Notes under the pieces: generated by a model
Database searches by the model: none
Told to the model about the DNA's origin: nothing
Seen by the model: the letters and a program-made list of their open reading frames with translations, nothing else
Shown: positions 17,338 to 26,833 of the stretch, in pieces
How the letters are laid out: every line of letters starts with the position of its first letter
Numbering within the stretch: the stretch's first letter is position 1
IMG/VR virus record: IMGVR_UViG_3300012944_000025
Location: 25,581 to 89,580 of that record
Origin: a virus
Length of the DNA stretch: 64,000 nt
Direction: 5' to 3' (one strand)
Made by a program: the position numbers and the translations under genes

Positions 17338-20051
17338 AGTGGTTTTTGTCCGCGAGGCCCCCAGCGCGTGCCGGCCGCGCGAGACGCGGCCATTGAGCTG
17401 TCCAAGACGCGCCACGTCTCTTCCGGCGAGACCCCAGCAGCCTCGTTGGCTGTCAAGGCCGCCCTGCGCGCCGCCGTCCACGTACCGACGGGCTTGGCCT
17501 CGTCGATCGCATAGCCCGCCACGCCCTCCTGCACCACCGCGACGCCCCACCGGTCCTGGGTCAGCGCGACCGGGACCCACGCCGCTGCGTTAGACATTGC
17601 CGTCCCAGTACGCGTGCACGTCGTGTTTGCACGCGGCGCACTGCACCCTCGCCGTGCTCGCGACGCGCAGGTTGCTCGGCAGGCGCTGCTGGTCTCTCTC
17701 GCCCTTGATCTCGTCGCTGTCCTTGGTCAGGTGCCCGTTCCAGAAGTTGAGCAGCAGGTCCGCGCAGAGCAGCGCCTGCGGCTGCCGCAGGTCCGCCCGG
17801 CAGGACGGGCACCTTGCCGGCACGGCTATCCTCGTCTCCGTGATCGTGACGCGGGAGACGGTCACCGCGTGCTGGGGTCCTCTCAACGGCGTGATCTTCG
17901 TGTCCTCCTTGATGGCGTCGATTCGACCGGGGAACACCGACAGCCCGATGACGACGCCCTCGGCCTCGCGATACGCGGCGGCCTTCGCGGCCACGCCGTC
18001 GATCGCATGCACCTGGGTCACGTAGGCCTCCTTGGTGTCGGCGTACGCGCCCACGACGGTGAACCACTCGTGTGATTGGTCAGCCAAGCGCGTACGCTTT
18101 CTGCAGCATCCACCCGTTCCACGGCAGGCGGACGAGCGCGGTCATGCGGACGAGCGGGACGCAGGCGCACTCCGGGCAGGCGGCCTTCCGCATCTGTGGG
18201 ACGACCTCCGCGCCCTCGGGCGCGGCCTCCCTGATCTGCTCGAGTGCCGCGAACTGGCTGGTGTCGAGGTGATCCACGGGCAGCACGAACATCTGGACGC
18301 TGCCGGTGCAGCCCTTGTCGCAGTCGCACGCCTGGTACGCCTTGATCGTCGTGTACTCCTCCTCGGGAATGTTGAAGATTTGATCCATTGCCTCTTCGAT
18401 GATTTCCTCGTCCTTGAGGAACCCTTCTCGCCGCCGCTCGACCATGTCCGGGTCGCAAGTATCCTCGATCCACTTCGTGATGGCCTCGGCGTGTCGGGCC
18501 TTGGCCTGTCCTTCCTTGCGTCGACGGACGGCCTCTTCCTGGATGACCCGCGCGGCTGCGGCCTCGGCCTCGACGCGAGCCGCCTCCTCCGCGGCCAGCT
18601 CCACGCCTCGCCGCGCGGCTCGCGCCTCGAGACCACGGAGCACGGAGCCGAACGTCGCGTCGACCACGCCCGGACCCTCGAGGGTCTCGTCCGCCGCCAC
18701 CACCTGCGCGATCTGGTCGAGCGCGTCCTCCGGGACGTCCACGAGGTCCTCGTCCGCCACGGAGACCTTCACGACGCCGACCGTCGTCTTCCGCGCCAGG
18801 ATCGCGTCGCGTGCGGCTATCCGAAGGCGGATCTCGACGCTCACGTTCGATGCTCCGCGCACGTCACCTCGTCGGTCGGCCTGGTGTCGCCATCGACCAC
18901 GGCGGGCTTGTCGCAGTACGCACACGTGAGCGCGGCCTGCTTGACCCACGCGACGAGCTTCGCGGGCGTGGCCTTGTTGTACTCGGCAACCGCGGCCTCG
19001 ATCGCGGCCTCGCTTCCCCCGCGCTCTATGATCGCGGTCTGGTGGTCCTCGTACGCGCTGAGGTATGTGGGCATTCTGCTAGCCTTCCTCGTTTTCGATG
19101 CTCCAAGCAAGCGCTCTCGCGTCCTGCGCTTTTTGATGTCGCTTGCGGAGGTTCATCAGACGCTCCACGAGCGGGAACTTTGCGTGCACGGTGGGCAAGT
19201 AATAGTTGATCCCGACGGCGTCGTTAGTCTTGGCCAGCTCGACTTCCATGATCGCGCTGGAGCACAGCGGACAGAGACCGAATCCGTCAGAGGGCAGCCG
19301 CTCGTCTCTGAACTCGTTGATTTGGCAGTCTACGATCACCGTGTCGTCACCGAGGCGCATGGCCGCCATGCCGCAGCAGTCGAACCGCCACCCCGTGCCC
19401 GACTTGCCCGTGAGGCACGACATATTGATCGGGCACGTCGCGCAGTCCACGGGGGTGATGTCCGTGTCGGGCGTGTCGGGGATCTGGAGGAACGGAATCA
19501 CCTCAGTACTCCACGATGTCCGCGGGCACGTCGTGGTCCCCGAGGGGCTGCTGCGCCCGGACGGTCACGCGACCCGACGGCGTCACGCGGATCAGCGTGA
19601 CCGTCTGCCTCTTGTCGACCCAGCCCTTGACGGGACCCGACAGGATGTCGACGCACTGCTCCGGGCTGCTCAGGCTCTCCGCGATGCAAGACATGCTGCG
19701 CGGGCACCCCTCGCAGATTCGACCGGGCTCGTCGACGGGGACCAGCGCCCGCGTCGGAACGAGCACCTGCTTGCCCTCGAGCTGGAGTTTGCGCAGGTAG
19801 ACCCTCAGGGCCCCGGCGTTGACCTCCGTGCGGATGGCATCCCGGAGTTCCGGGTCCGGGATCAGCGCGTTCTGTTGGGCGGCCCCGAGACGCCACATCA
19901 CGGGGTGCTTGATGGCGTCGATCGCGTAGATGAGGCGGGCGACCGCCTGAATGGGCAGGTCGAACATGCGCGCCAGAACCTCGGCGAGGTCCTTCTCCAC
20001 CCCCGCGACGTTGGTCTCGCGGAGGGCTTGCTTGAGTCTCTCGGTGGGCAT
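17334..20051 (-). other. Run of hypothetical CDSs (17334-17597, 17590-18087, 18080-18844, 18841-19074, 19079-19501, 19503-20051), several Cys-rich
   Basis: Overlapping start/stop codons; CxxC motifs. Confidence 0.55.
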
Positions 20052-20068
20052 AGCGTCTCCTGGTCGGT

Positions 20069-20085
20069 TGATTATAAGATAAACA
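20069..20085. promoter_or_regulatory. Operator-like site TGATTA-N5-TAAACA overlapping a minus-strand TATAAT
   Basis: In the divergent gap between 20051 (-) and thyX (+). Confidence 0.55.
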
Positions 20086-20096
20086 GCGGAGGAAAC

Positions 20097-20930
20097 ATGT
20101 ACTCGACACGCGTCTTGAAGGACTCGCTCGCACCCTGCGGCAAGCGGCTGACCACCTGGGAGCTTACCTACCCTCGGTTCGTTCACGCCGAGCTGATGAC
20201 GCACCGGATGTTCAGCCGAAACAGCGCGTCCAGCCGCGCGATCCCCACCGAGAAGCTGATGGCTCGGGTCCGGGAGGACCCCGCGCTGCCCCAGTGGTGG
20301 GGCAGGAACCAGTCTGGCATGCAGGCGAACGAGGAGCTGGACGGCGCCTCGCGGGCCGAGGCCGAGCGCCTCTGGCTGGCCGCACGGGACCAGATGCTCG
20401 TGGCCGTCGAGCAGCTCGGCAAGGTCGGGCTTCACAAGCAGCTCGCGAACCGGCTCATCGAGCCGTGGATGTTCATCACGGTCCTCGTCTCCTCGACTGA
20501 GTACAGCAACTGGTTTCACCTGCGCAACCACCGCATGGCCCAGCCGGAGATTGCCTGGGTTGCCAGGGCCATGTGGCAGCACTACCAGGAGCACCGACCG
20601 ACCGAGATTCCCGAGGGTGGGTGGCATCTTCCGCTGGTCCAGCCCGAGGAGGTCACCGCCCTCGGCGAAGTGATGGCGAAGAAGGTGTCCACCGGGCGCT
20701 GCGCCCGCGTGTCGTACCTGACCCACGAGGGTGTTCGCGATCCGGACAAGGACGTCGAGCTGCACGACAGGCTGTGCTCGGGGCCGGCGACCGGCGAGCC
20801 CGGCCACTGGTCCCCGTTCGAGCACGTCGCAATGGCGCTCGTGGAACCCGTGCGCAGCGGCAACTTTTTGGGTTGGGCTCAGTACCGAAAAGCGTTCGAC
20901 ACGGAGCACTTCGGCGATCGGATGCCCTAA
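20097..20930 (+). CDS. thyX: Flavin-dependent thymidylate synthase (phage ThyX-like)
   Basis: YPRFVHAELMTHRMFSRNSASSRAIP, HKQLANRLIEPW, RCARVSY, HWSPFEH; GGAGG SD. Confidence 0.88.
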   Translation: MYSTRVLKDSLAPCGKRLTTWELTYPRFVHAELMTHRMFSRNSASSRAIPTEKLMARVREDPALPQWWGRNQSGMQANEELDGASRAEAERLWLAARDQMLVAVEQLGKVGLHKQLANRLIEPWMFITVLVSSTEYSNWFHLRNHRMAQPEIAWVARAMWQHYQEHRPTEIPEGGWHLPLVQPEEVTALGEVMAKKVSTGRCARVSYLTHEGVRDPDKDVELHDRLCSGPATGEPGHWSPFEHVAMALVEPVRSGNFLGWAQYRKAFDTEHFGDRMP

Positions 20931-21260
20931 CGCTCGGCTAGCGTGAAGTGGAACGGCCAGTCGACCTCGACACCTAGGCCGTCCCCGCAGGTCCCCCGAT
21001 CCCCGATCCGCTCCCACTCCTCGAACGCGTGCGCCATGGTGTCGATTCGATACCGGGCGACGTTGGTCAGGTAGGCCTCGAGATCCCTGATTCGAGGCCC
21101 CGCCAGGGTCTTCACCGTGTGAACCGCGAGCACGCACGCCGCGCACGCAGGTGACCACGTCTCGATCCAGATCCTCCCGTGCGGGCACGTGCGGCATGGC
21201 AGGCAGTACGCGGACGCGCCCACCGTCTCGAGGTCCTCGACGTTGCCGCATCGGAGGCAC

Positions 21261-22628
21261 TCAGGCTCCCTGGTCGGCCTCCGTCTTCGCGACATTCGCC
21301 GAAGAATATCTTTCCGCGTCAGCTCGCGCCAGCGCCCCATCTTCGGTGTCGAGCAGCGCGCTGGCGAGCACCGCGGCCTCGCCGCGGGCGGTGCGCGCGG
21401 CCTCGCCCTTGGCCACGGCGAGGACCACCTGGAACGCCGCGAGGGTGAGCAGTCGACGGTCGATGCCGATCATCTTGTTGTCGTCGATAGGGCGGCACGC
21501 GGACTTTCCCGCGAACTCGACGACAACGTACTCGCGCGTGACCAGATTGACGACCTTCAGGACGCCGCGCTCGACCTCCGTGAGCTGCGAGGGCAGGAAC
21601 CGCGCTCGAACCTGACCCTCGAGCGACGCCTTGGCGTGCTCGGGCGACAATCCCGTCTTCGCCAGCAACTCCCGCAGCGTCGCGTTGACCATCGTGGGCT
21701 TGGCGCCGAGGCTGGTGATCTCGTCCGCCTCGGCCATGGTCGACACGGGCACCGCGTTGTCGCCGTGCTCGGCCACGAACTGCGCCTTCATGTGACCCAC
21801 GAGACGCTCGTCGGTGCGCCAGCGGAAGTGGCGGGACTCGTCCGCGTTGCTCTTCGCGAGGTCGTACGCGCGGCGGGCCAGCGCCTCTCCGGCGTGCTGG
21901 ACGTCCTTTCGCCCGCTCAGCACGCTGGCCCAGAGGTCGGACAGCGCGGTCCCCAGCGTCCACTCGTCGATCATCTGGCGATCTCGGTCGAGCTGGATGT
22001 CGCGCAGGTCGTACCCGCAGTCGAGCCGCTCGAACCTGCGGACGAACACCCCGCGGGCGTAGACCATTCCGCGCCGATCCTCCGAGAGGATCAGGGACCC
22101 CTGGTCCACCGCGACGACCTCGTCCGGGGGCGGCGGCGTCAGGAAGAGGAACAGCGGGCGCAGGGCGTCCCACACCTCCTTGGTGACGTTGTCGATGGTG
22201 ACGACGAAGTCCGGGGTCGGCGTGATCGCGCGCGAGTAGAACGTCAGCAGCTCCTGCCCGGACAGCGGGCCGTCCTCGACCCGGTCGAACGTGCACTTCC
22301 AGCTCGTGTCCGCGTTGCGAAACGCCACGGGATGCCCGGCCCGGGTGAGCGCCATGCACCCGATCGCGAAGCCCTCGCCGAAGCGCCCGCGGACGTCGCG
22401 TCCCCGCTTGCCGCTCTTGCCGAGCACCAGCAGGGTGGCGGGGTCCACGATCGTCTCGCGCGTCTTGATGACGAGCTGCGACCTCTCCTTCGAGTGCTTG
22501 ATCTCCATGGCGTTGCGCGGGTTCAGTTCCTCGGCGTCTTTGGCGTTGGAGATAAGCTCGCGGATCCCCTCCCACACGCCCCATGACCCGCAGTACTCGG
22601 TGTCGATCGTCAGCTGAATCTTCGACAT
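21261..22628 (-). CDS. GHKL (HATPase) ATPase domain protein
   Basis: WGVWEGIRELISNAKDA (N box), LLVLGKSGK, GRFGEGF (G2 box). Confidence 0.78.
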   Translation of the reverse strand: MSKIQLTIDTEYCGSWGVWEGIRELISNAKDAEELNPRNAMEIKHSKERSQLVIKTRETIVDPATLLVLGKSGKRGRDVRGRFGEGFAIGCMALTRAGHPVAFRNADTSWKCTFDRVEDGPLSGQELLTFYSRAITPTPDFVVTIDNVTKEVWDALRPLFLFLTPPPPDEVVAVDQGSLILSEDRRGMVYARGVFVRRFERLDCGYDLRDIQLDRDRQMIDEWTLGTALSDLWASVLSGRKDVQHAGEALARRAYDLAKSNADESRHFRWRTDERLVGHMKAQFVAEHGDNAVPVSTMAEADEITSLGAKPTMVNATLRELLAKTGLSPEHAKASLEGQVRARFLPSQLTEVERGVLKVVNLVTREYVVVEFAGKSACRPIDDNKMIGIDRRLLTLAAFQVVLAVAKGEAARTARGEAAVLASALLDTEDGALARADAERYSSANVAKTEADQGA

Positions 22629-22671
22629 TTGAATCTCCTGGTTTGCTTGATTGACTCAAGCTTCGGACTGT

Positions 22672-22688
22672 TGTTTGCTGGGTAAACA
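22672..22688. promoter_or_regulatory. Operator-like site TGTTTG-N5-TAAACA
   Basis: Divergent gap 22628(-)/22711(+); a second palindrome GCTTGA-N5-TCAAGC lies at 22645-22661. Confidence 0.55.
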
Positions 22689-22710
22689 CCTCCAGGACGG
22701 AGGGCACCCG

Positions 22711-22908
22711 ATGGCACGACCGATGAATGTCGACAAGAGAGTGGCCGCGATCGCTCAGATCACGCGGCGCACGCGGCTCAACGCCGCGAAGGCTCGGCGC
22801 ATGGCGGACGAGCTGACTCGGTTCCCCCGCGGCGGCAAGGCGCAGCGCGCGGCCGAGCGCGCCAGGGTCCTCGCCGACGGTCTCGAGCAGGCCATCAAGG
22901 CCGCCTGA
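22711..22908 (+). CDS. Small basic helical protein
   Basis: GGAGG SD; Arg/Ala-rich. Confidence 0.55.
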   Translation: MARPMNVDKRVAAIAQITRRTRLNAAKARRMADELTRFPRGGKAQRAAERARVLADGLEQAIKAA

Positions 22909-23303
22909 TGTTCCGACCCGTCAGCGCGCTGCCGTATCGCCTGGTGTCGCGGAACGCCCAGGCGCTGCTCATCCGGAGGCCGCCGGGCGGCCTGCTGGCC
23001 GACGACCTGTCGGCCTGGGACGGCCGCGTGGCCGCGTGCCTGGCCGACGTCGCCGCGCACGACCTTCGGGGCGTCGTGCGGGACGTCCTGAACAACCCCC
23101 AGATCCGGGCGATCGTGTTCGCCCACGCGCCCCGCTGCCGAGAGACCTACGCCGCGTTCTGGGCCGGGTCCGACGGGCTCGAGGGCATCGACGACGAGCA
23201 CGTCACGACGGTCCGGCAGTTCGTGGATTTGTACGACGACGACTTCGCGCTGCGCGGACCGCAGCAGCCGTTCTCTCCCACCAGAGTCATGTACCTCCGT
23301 TGA
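22908..23303 (+). CDS. Protein with a degenerate MtrA-like segment
   Basis: LRGVVRDVLNNPQIRAIV...GIDDEHVTTVRQFV resembles the MtrA-type 'I.NvlaNPnIR.l' motif. Confidence 0.4.
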   Translation: MFRPVSALPYRLVSRNAQALLIRRPPGGLLADDLSAWDGRVAACLADVAAHDLRGVVRDVLNNPQIRAIVFAHAPRCRETYAAFWAGSDGLEGIDDEHVTTVRQFVDLYDDDFALRGPQQPFSPTRVMYLR

Positions 23304-23314
23304 AAGGACGTCAG

Positions 23315-24058
23315 ATGCAGCGCAACGTCATCGGCATCTTCGGCAAGTCGAAGTCCGGCAAGAACACCGTCGGGGACATGATCGCGTCGACGTGCAAGGG
23401 CACGGTGCAGATCGCGTTCGCCGACAAGCTCAAGTCGGTGTGCATGGAGCTGTTCGGGCTCACGAGCCAGGACCTCAACACCGACGAGGGCAAGGCCAAG
23501 CCGACCTCGCTGCCCTGCCCGACCTGTCCGATGTGCAGGAGCATCAACGTGGTCGCCGCGCCGACGATGCTCGCGTTCGCATCGTTCTATGACCAGCCGG
23601 TGGTGAACCACAAGGGCCCGCGCCAGGCCGAGTGCAAGGCGTGCGGCGCGGTGGGGTCTCCCGATTCGTTCGTCGGGTTCTGGACCCCGCGGATGATCCT
23701 GCAGCACGTTGGCACGGAGGGCATCCGCCGCGTGGATCCCCTGGCCTGGGCCCGATTCACAATGAAGACCGCCGTGACCGCTCTCGACCGAGGCGTCGAA
23801 CGTATCATGGTGGTTACCGATGGGCGATTCCGATCCGAGCTGGACGCGGTTCGCGCGGCCGGCGGCATCGCGTGGCGGCTCCGCAGGCCGGAGACCGATG
23901 ACGCGACGACGGGCATCGCGGGCCACGTCTCCGAGGTCGAGATCGACGGGATCCCGGACGGGGACTTCGACGAGGTGATCACGAACGACGGCTCGCTCGA
24001 CGACCTGTTGCACGCGGTCAAGGCAGCGCTGGCGCCTGCTCCCCCGCGCGCGGCCTGA
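23315..24058 (+). CDS. Deoxynucleoside monophosphate kinase with inserted Zn ribbon
   Basis: IGIFGKSKSGKN P-loop, FADKLK, TPRMILQHVGTE, VTDGRFRSE, HVSE; insert CPMC...CKAC. Confidence 0.85.
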   Translation: MQRNVIGIFGKSKSGKNTVGDMIASTCKGTVQIAFADKLKSVCMELFGLTSQDLNTDEGKAKPTSLPCPTCPMCRSINVVAAPTMLAFASFYDQPVVNHKGPRQAECKACGAVGSPDSFVGFWTPRMILQHVGTEGIRRVDPLAWARFTMKTAVTALDRGVERIMVVTDGRFRSELDAVRAAGGIAWRLRRPETDDATTGIAGHVSEVEIDGIPDGDFDEVITNDGSLDDLLHAVKAALAPAPPRAA

Positions 24059-25518
24059 CTATCTCAAGACGATCGTTACGATGCCCTTGCAGGGCTTGTT
24101 CTTGTCGTCTCGTCGCTGAACAGTCCCGCAGCAGGCGCACGAGTTGAAGTCGTCGTCGCGGAACTTGAACCAGCAGTGCTGGCCGGGATATCGCGCTACC
24201 CACTCGGTTTGCGACGCGCAATCCCCCGCCAGAAGGGCTTCGGCCATTCTGGCCTTCCAGACCTCGGAAGACATTACTTGTCGCTGTCGTAGTGAGCCTG
24301 GGCCTCGCGGCAAATCTCGTCAAACCGATCCACGCCGCCGGGGAACGTTCGCCGCATGTGGATGGTGGCGACGGCGACGGCGAACACCTGCTGCTCGACG
24401 GAGAGCCCGCGGTTCGCCCCGTCGGTTCCCACGCGCTCCAGCAGAGCGCGGCTGAATTCGTCAGCGTTGTCGAGGTGATCGACGCTGTTGAACACCTTGG
24501 CGGCCACTGCGAGGCCCCGCGCGATCTGTTCGGGCGAGGCCGTTTGGCCGTCGCTGTACTTGACGTACTCGGATGGGATTGGGTCGAACTTGTTCACGGC
24601 TTGTCCCTCCTCAGGGTGCACAGCTTGACGACGCCGGCGCCGGTCACGATGTGTGGCTTGGCCAGCTCGCCAGGCTCGGCCCGGCGGACACCGTCGGGGA
24701 ACGTCTGTCCCGGATGCTCGACGTTGGGATAGATCGACTGGGCGGCGCACCATCCGTGGCGCCCTTCCTTTCGATTTCCGCCGACGACGATGGGGTCGTA
24801 GTGCGCGCACGTCGTGCAGGGCTTGTCGCTCATGTGGTCCTCAGCATGGGTGTGACTCCGTTGGCTCGCAGTATCGGCGCGAGCTTGGCGTCGCGTCCAG
24901 CGGTCATGAGGGCTCGAGCCAGCACCAGCGTCCCCTGGTTCAAAGTCATGCTGGCGAACGACACGGTGTACCGACCGCAGGACAGCGCGGCGGCCGGCTC
25001 GTCCTTGGGTAGCATGTCGTCCTGGGTGTACACCGCGCTGAGCAAGCGTTGTGCCCGGGGGAGCGAGGCCGTGGCCTTCTTGAGCGCGGTCACGCACCGG
25101 GCAAGGCGTCCGAGCGCGTCCTCCGGCTTGTTCACGTCGGTTCCGACGATCTCGATCGAGCACGAGCGGAACCGCAGGATGCAGGCCCGCGACGGACGCA
25201 GGTCCGCGTCCATGTCCTTGTCCGACAAGTCGATTCGACCCTTCGGGGGCTCGACGGGAACCGCCCGCAGTGGATCCACGATGCGCCACGGATCCTTCAC
25301 GTCCTGATTAGCATACCGGACAACGAGGTGTTTATGCAATCGATGTGGGCCAGCTCGAACTCATCGCCGATCAGGGCGTCGATGCTCTTGGTGCTCGGGT
25401 TGCGTCCGATGCCCTGCACGATCATCGCCATCTGCACGCGGTCCCCCGGAGAAAGCAGCTTCCTGCATCGCGCACAGGTGGTGGCGGGGACGCGTTGCTT
25501 GAGGATGTCGAGGGTCAC
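24059..25518 (-). other. Small hypothetical CDSs (24059-~24277, 24274-24597, 24594-24833, 24830-~25300, 25297-25518)
   Basis: Packed, overlapping ORFs with Cys motifs. Confidence 0.5.
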
Positions 25519-25519
25519 G

Positions 25520-26206
25520 CTACTCCTCCATGCCAGGGATGGGACCACGCGAGGCTCGAACCGGCCCGAACGTCCTGCGATGAACCTGGTCGAGCAGGCC
25601 GTCGCGTTGCAGCTGGTCGAGGTGCTTCGGCGTGGGATACCCGCGATTCTTGTCGAATCCCCACCCCGGATACTCGCCCGCGATTCGCGTGACATGGCGG
25701 TCATGGCACGCCTTGGCCACGATCGACGCCGCGCCGATGCGCCAGTCGAGCGCGTCGCCGCCGGGAACCATGCGAACGGGGCAGGGGACGTCTGGCCTCG
25801 CGAGGTCCCCGTCAACCAGAACGAGAATCGCGTCCTTCTCGATATGGAACTTTCCGGGGTTGACCGTCATTACCAATTGCTCGACGCAGCGCTGGATGGC
25901 GAGTCGCAGAGCCTCGGGAAACACCTCCCGCAGAAGCCTGGCGTCGATCTCCGCCGCGGAACGCTCGATGATCGCGTGCGCCACCGCGGCAGCCCGGATC
26001 GCGAGGTCGAGCGCCCCGCGCTGCTCGGGTACCTTGATCTTTTTCGAGTCGTCGGCCGCCAGCGTCTTGACGCCGCGCACGCCGCGCCACGCCGTTGTCA
26101 CGCGGGGCGCGTCCGCGCGGAACGCGACCGCGGCGACCACGAGAGGGCCCGCGATCGCGCCGCACCCGACTTCGTCGACGCCAATTACATAGCGGGGTTC
26201 ACTCAC
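25520..26206 (-). CDS. rnhB: Ribonuclease HII
   Basis: IGVDEVGCGAIAGPLVVAAV, DSKK, VDG, IGAASIVAK, GYPT..H, HRRTF. Confidence 0.92.
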   Translation of the reverse strand: MSEPRYVIGVDEVGCGAIAGPLVVAAVAFRADAPRVTTAWRGVRGVKTLAADDSKKIKVPEQRGALDLAIRAAAVAHAIIERSAAEIDARLLREVFPEALRLAIQRCVEQLVMTVNPGKFHIEKDAILVLVDGDLARPDVPCPVRMVPGGDALDWRIGAASIVAKACHDRHVTRIAGEYPGWGFDKNRGYPTPKHLDQLQRDGLLDQVHRRTFGPVRASRGPIPGMEE

Positions 26207-26427
26207 TTGCGAAGCCCAAGGTGTTGCATTATTGCTGCATCCATTCCGTGCTTGAATGCGAGATTCTCGGCCTTGAGGGGACTAATACCGACAAGACATG
26301 TCATGCAATTTATTTCAGCGTCTGTTTCCACGCCTACCTTATAGGCACTACATACGGTTCCCCAGGGCGCCGCTTCGTGAACTATGCCGTCTTGCTCAAT
26401 GTGTAAGCTACTTGTCGAGGTACCCAT
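26203..26427 (-). CDS. H-C-CxxC zinc-finger family protein, low GC
   Basis: QDGIVH...TVC...INCMTCLV. Confidence 0.6.
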   Translation of the reverse strand: MGTSTSSLHIEQDGIVHEAAPWGTVCSAYKVGVETDAEINCMTCLVGISPLKAENLAFKHGMDAAIMQHLGLRK

Positions 26428-26583
26428 TGAACACCTTCCTCGGAGGGCTTCGTCTGCTGGTTAGCTTGACGGTTTTTCCGCACGGGCACGTTGCCGTCTT
26501 CTGGCCGCGCTTGGCCGCGACGCGGCGCCCGCAGGAGCAGGTGCGCACGCGCAGCCCCCGCGGCCGGCCCTGCCTGCGCGACG

Positions 26584-26832
26584 TCACGTGTCTTCTCGAA
26601 CCACGCGATCCGCGCGCGGGCATCCCGGGTGGCCGATCACCCAGTGAACGTCGAGGGCGATCGCCAGGTTGTGCACGTGCCGAAAGCTTGCGGTCGACCT
26701 GCCGTGCTCGATCGCGGCGTACTGCGGTCGGGACAATCGAATTCTCTTAGCGAGCTGCTCCTGCGAGAGCCCGCGCGCCTCCCGAACGGCCTTCAGCTGC
26801 TTGATGAAAGTCTCGTACGGGTTCGCGCTCAT
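26584..26832 (-). CDS. XRE/Cro-family HTH transcriptional regulator
   Basis: LKAVREARGLSQEQLAKRIRLSRPQYAAIEHGR. Confidence 0.88.
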   Translation of the reverse strand: MSANPYETFIKQLKAVREARGLSQEQLAKRIRLSRPQYAAIEHGRSTASFRHVHNLAIALDVHWVIGHPGCPRADRVVREDT

Positions 26833-26833
26833 G

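Noticed and set aside
26393-26409. Near match TGCTCA-N5-TAAGCT to the operator motif
   Set aside because: It lies inside the predicted coding sequence of 26203-26427, so it may be chance; not counted among the six sites.
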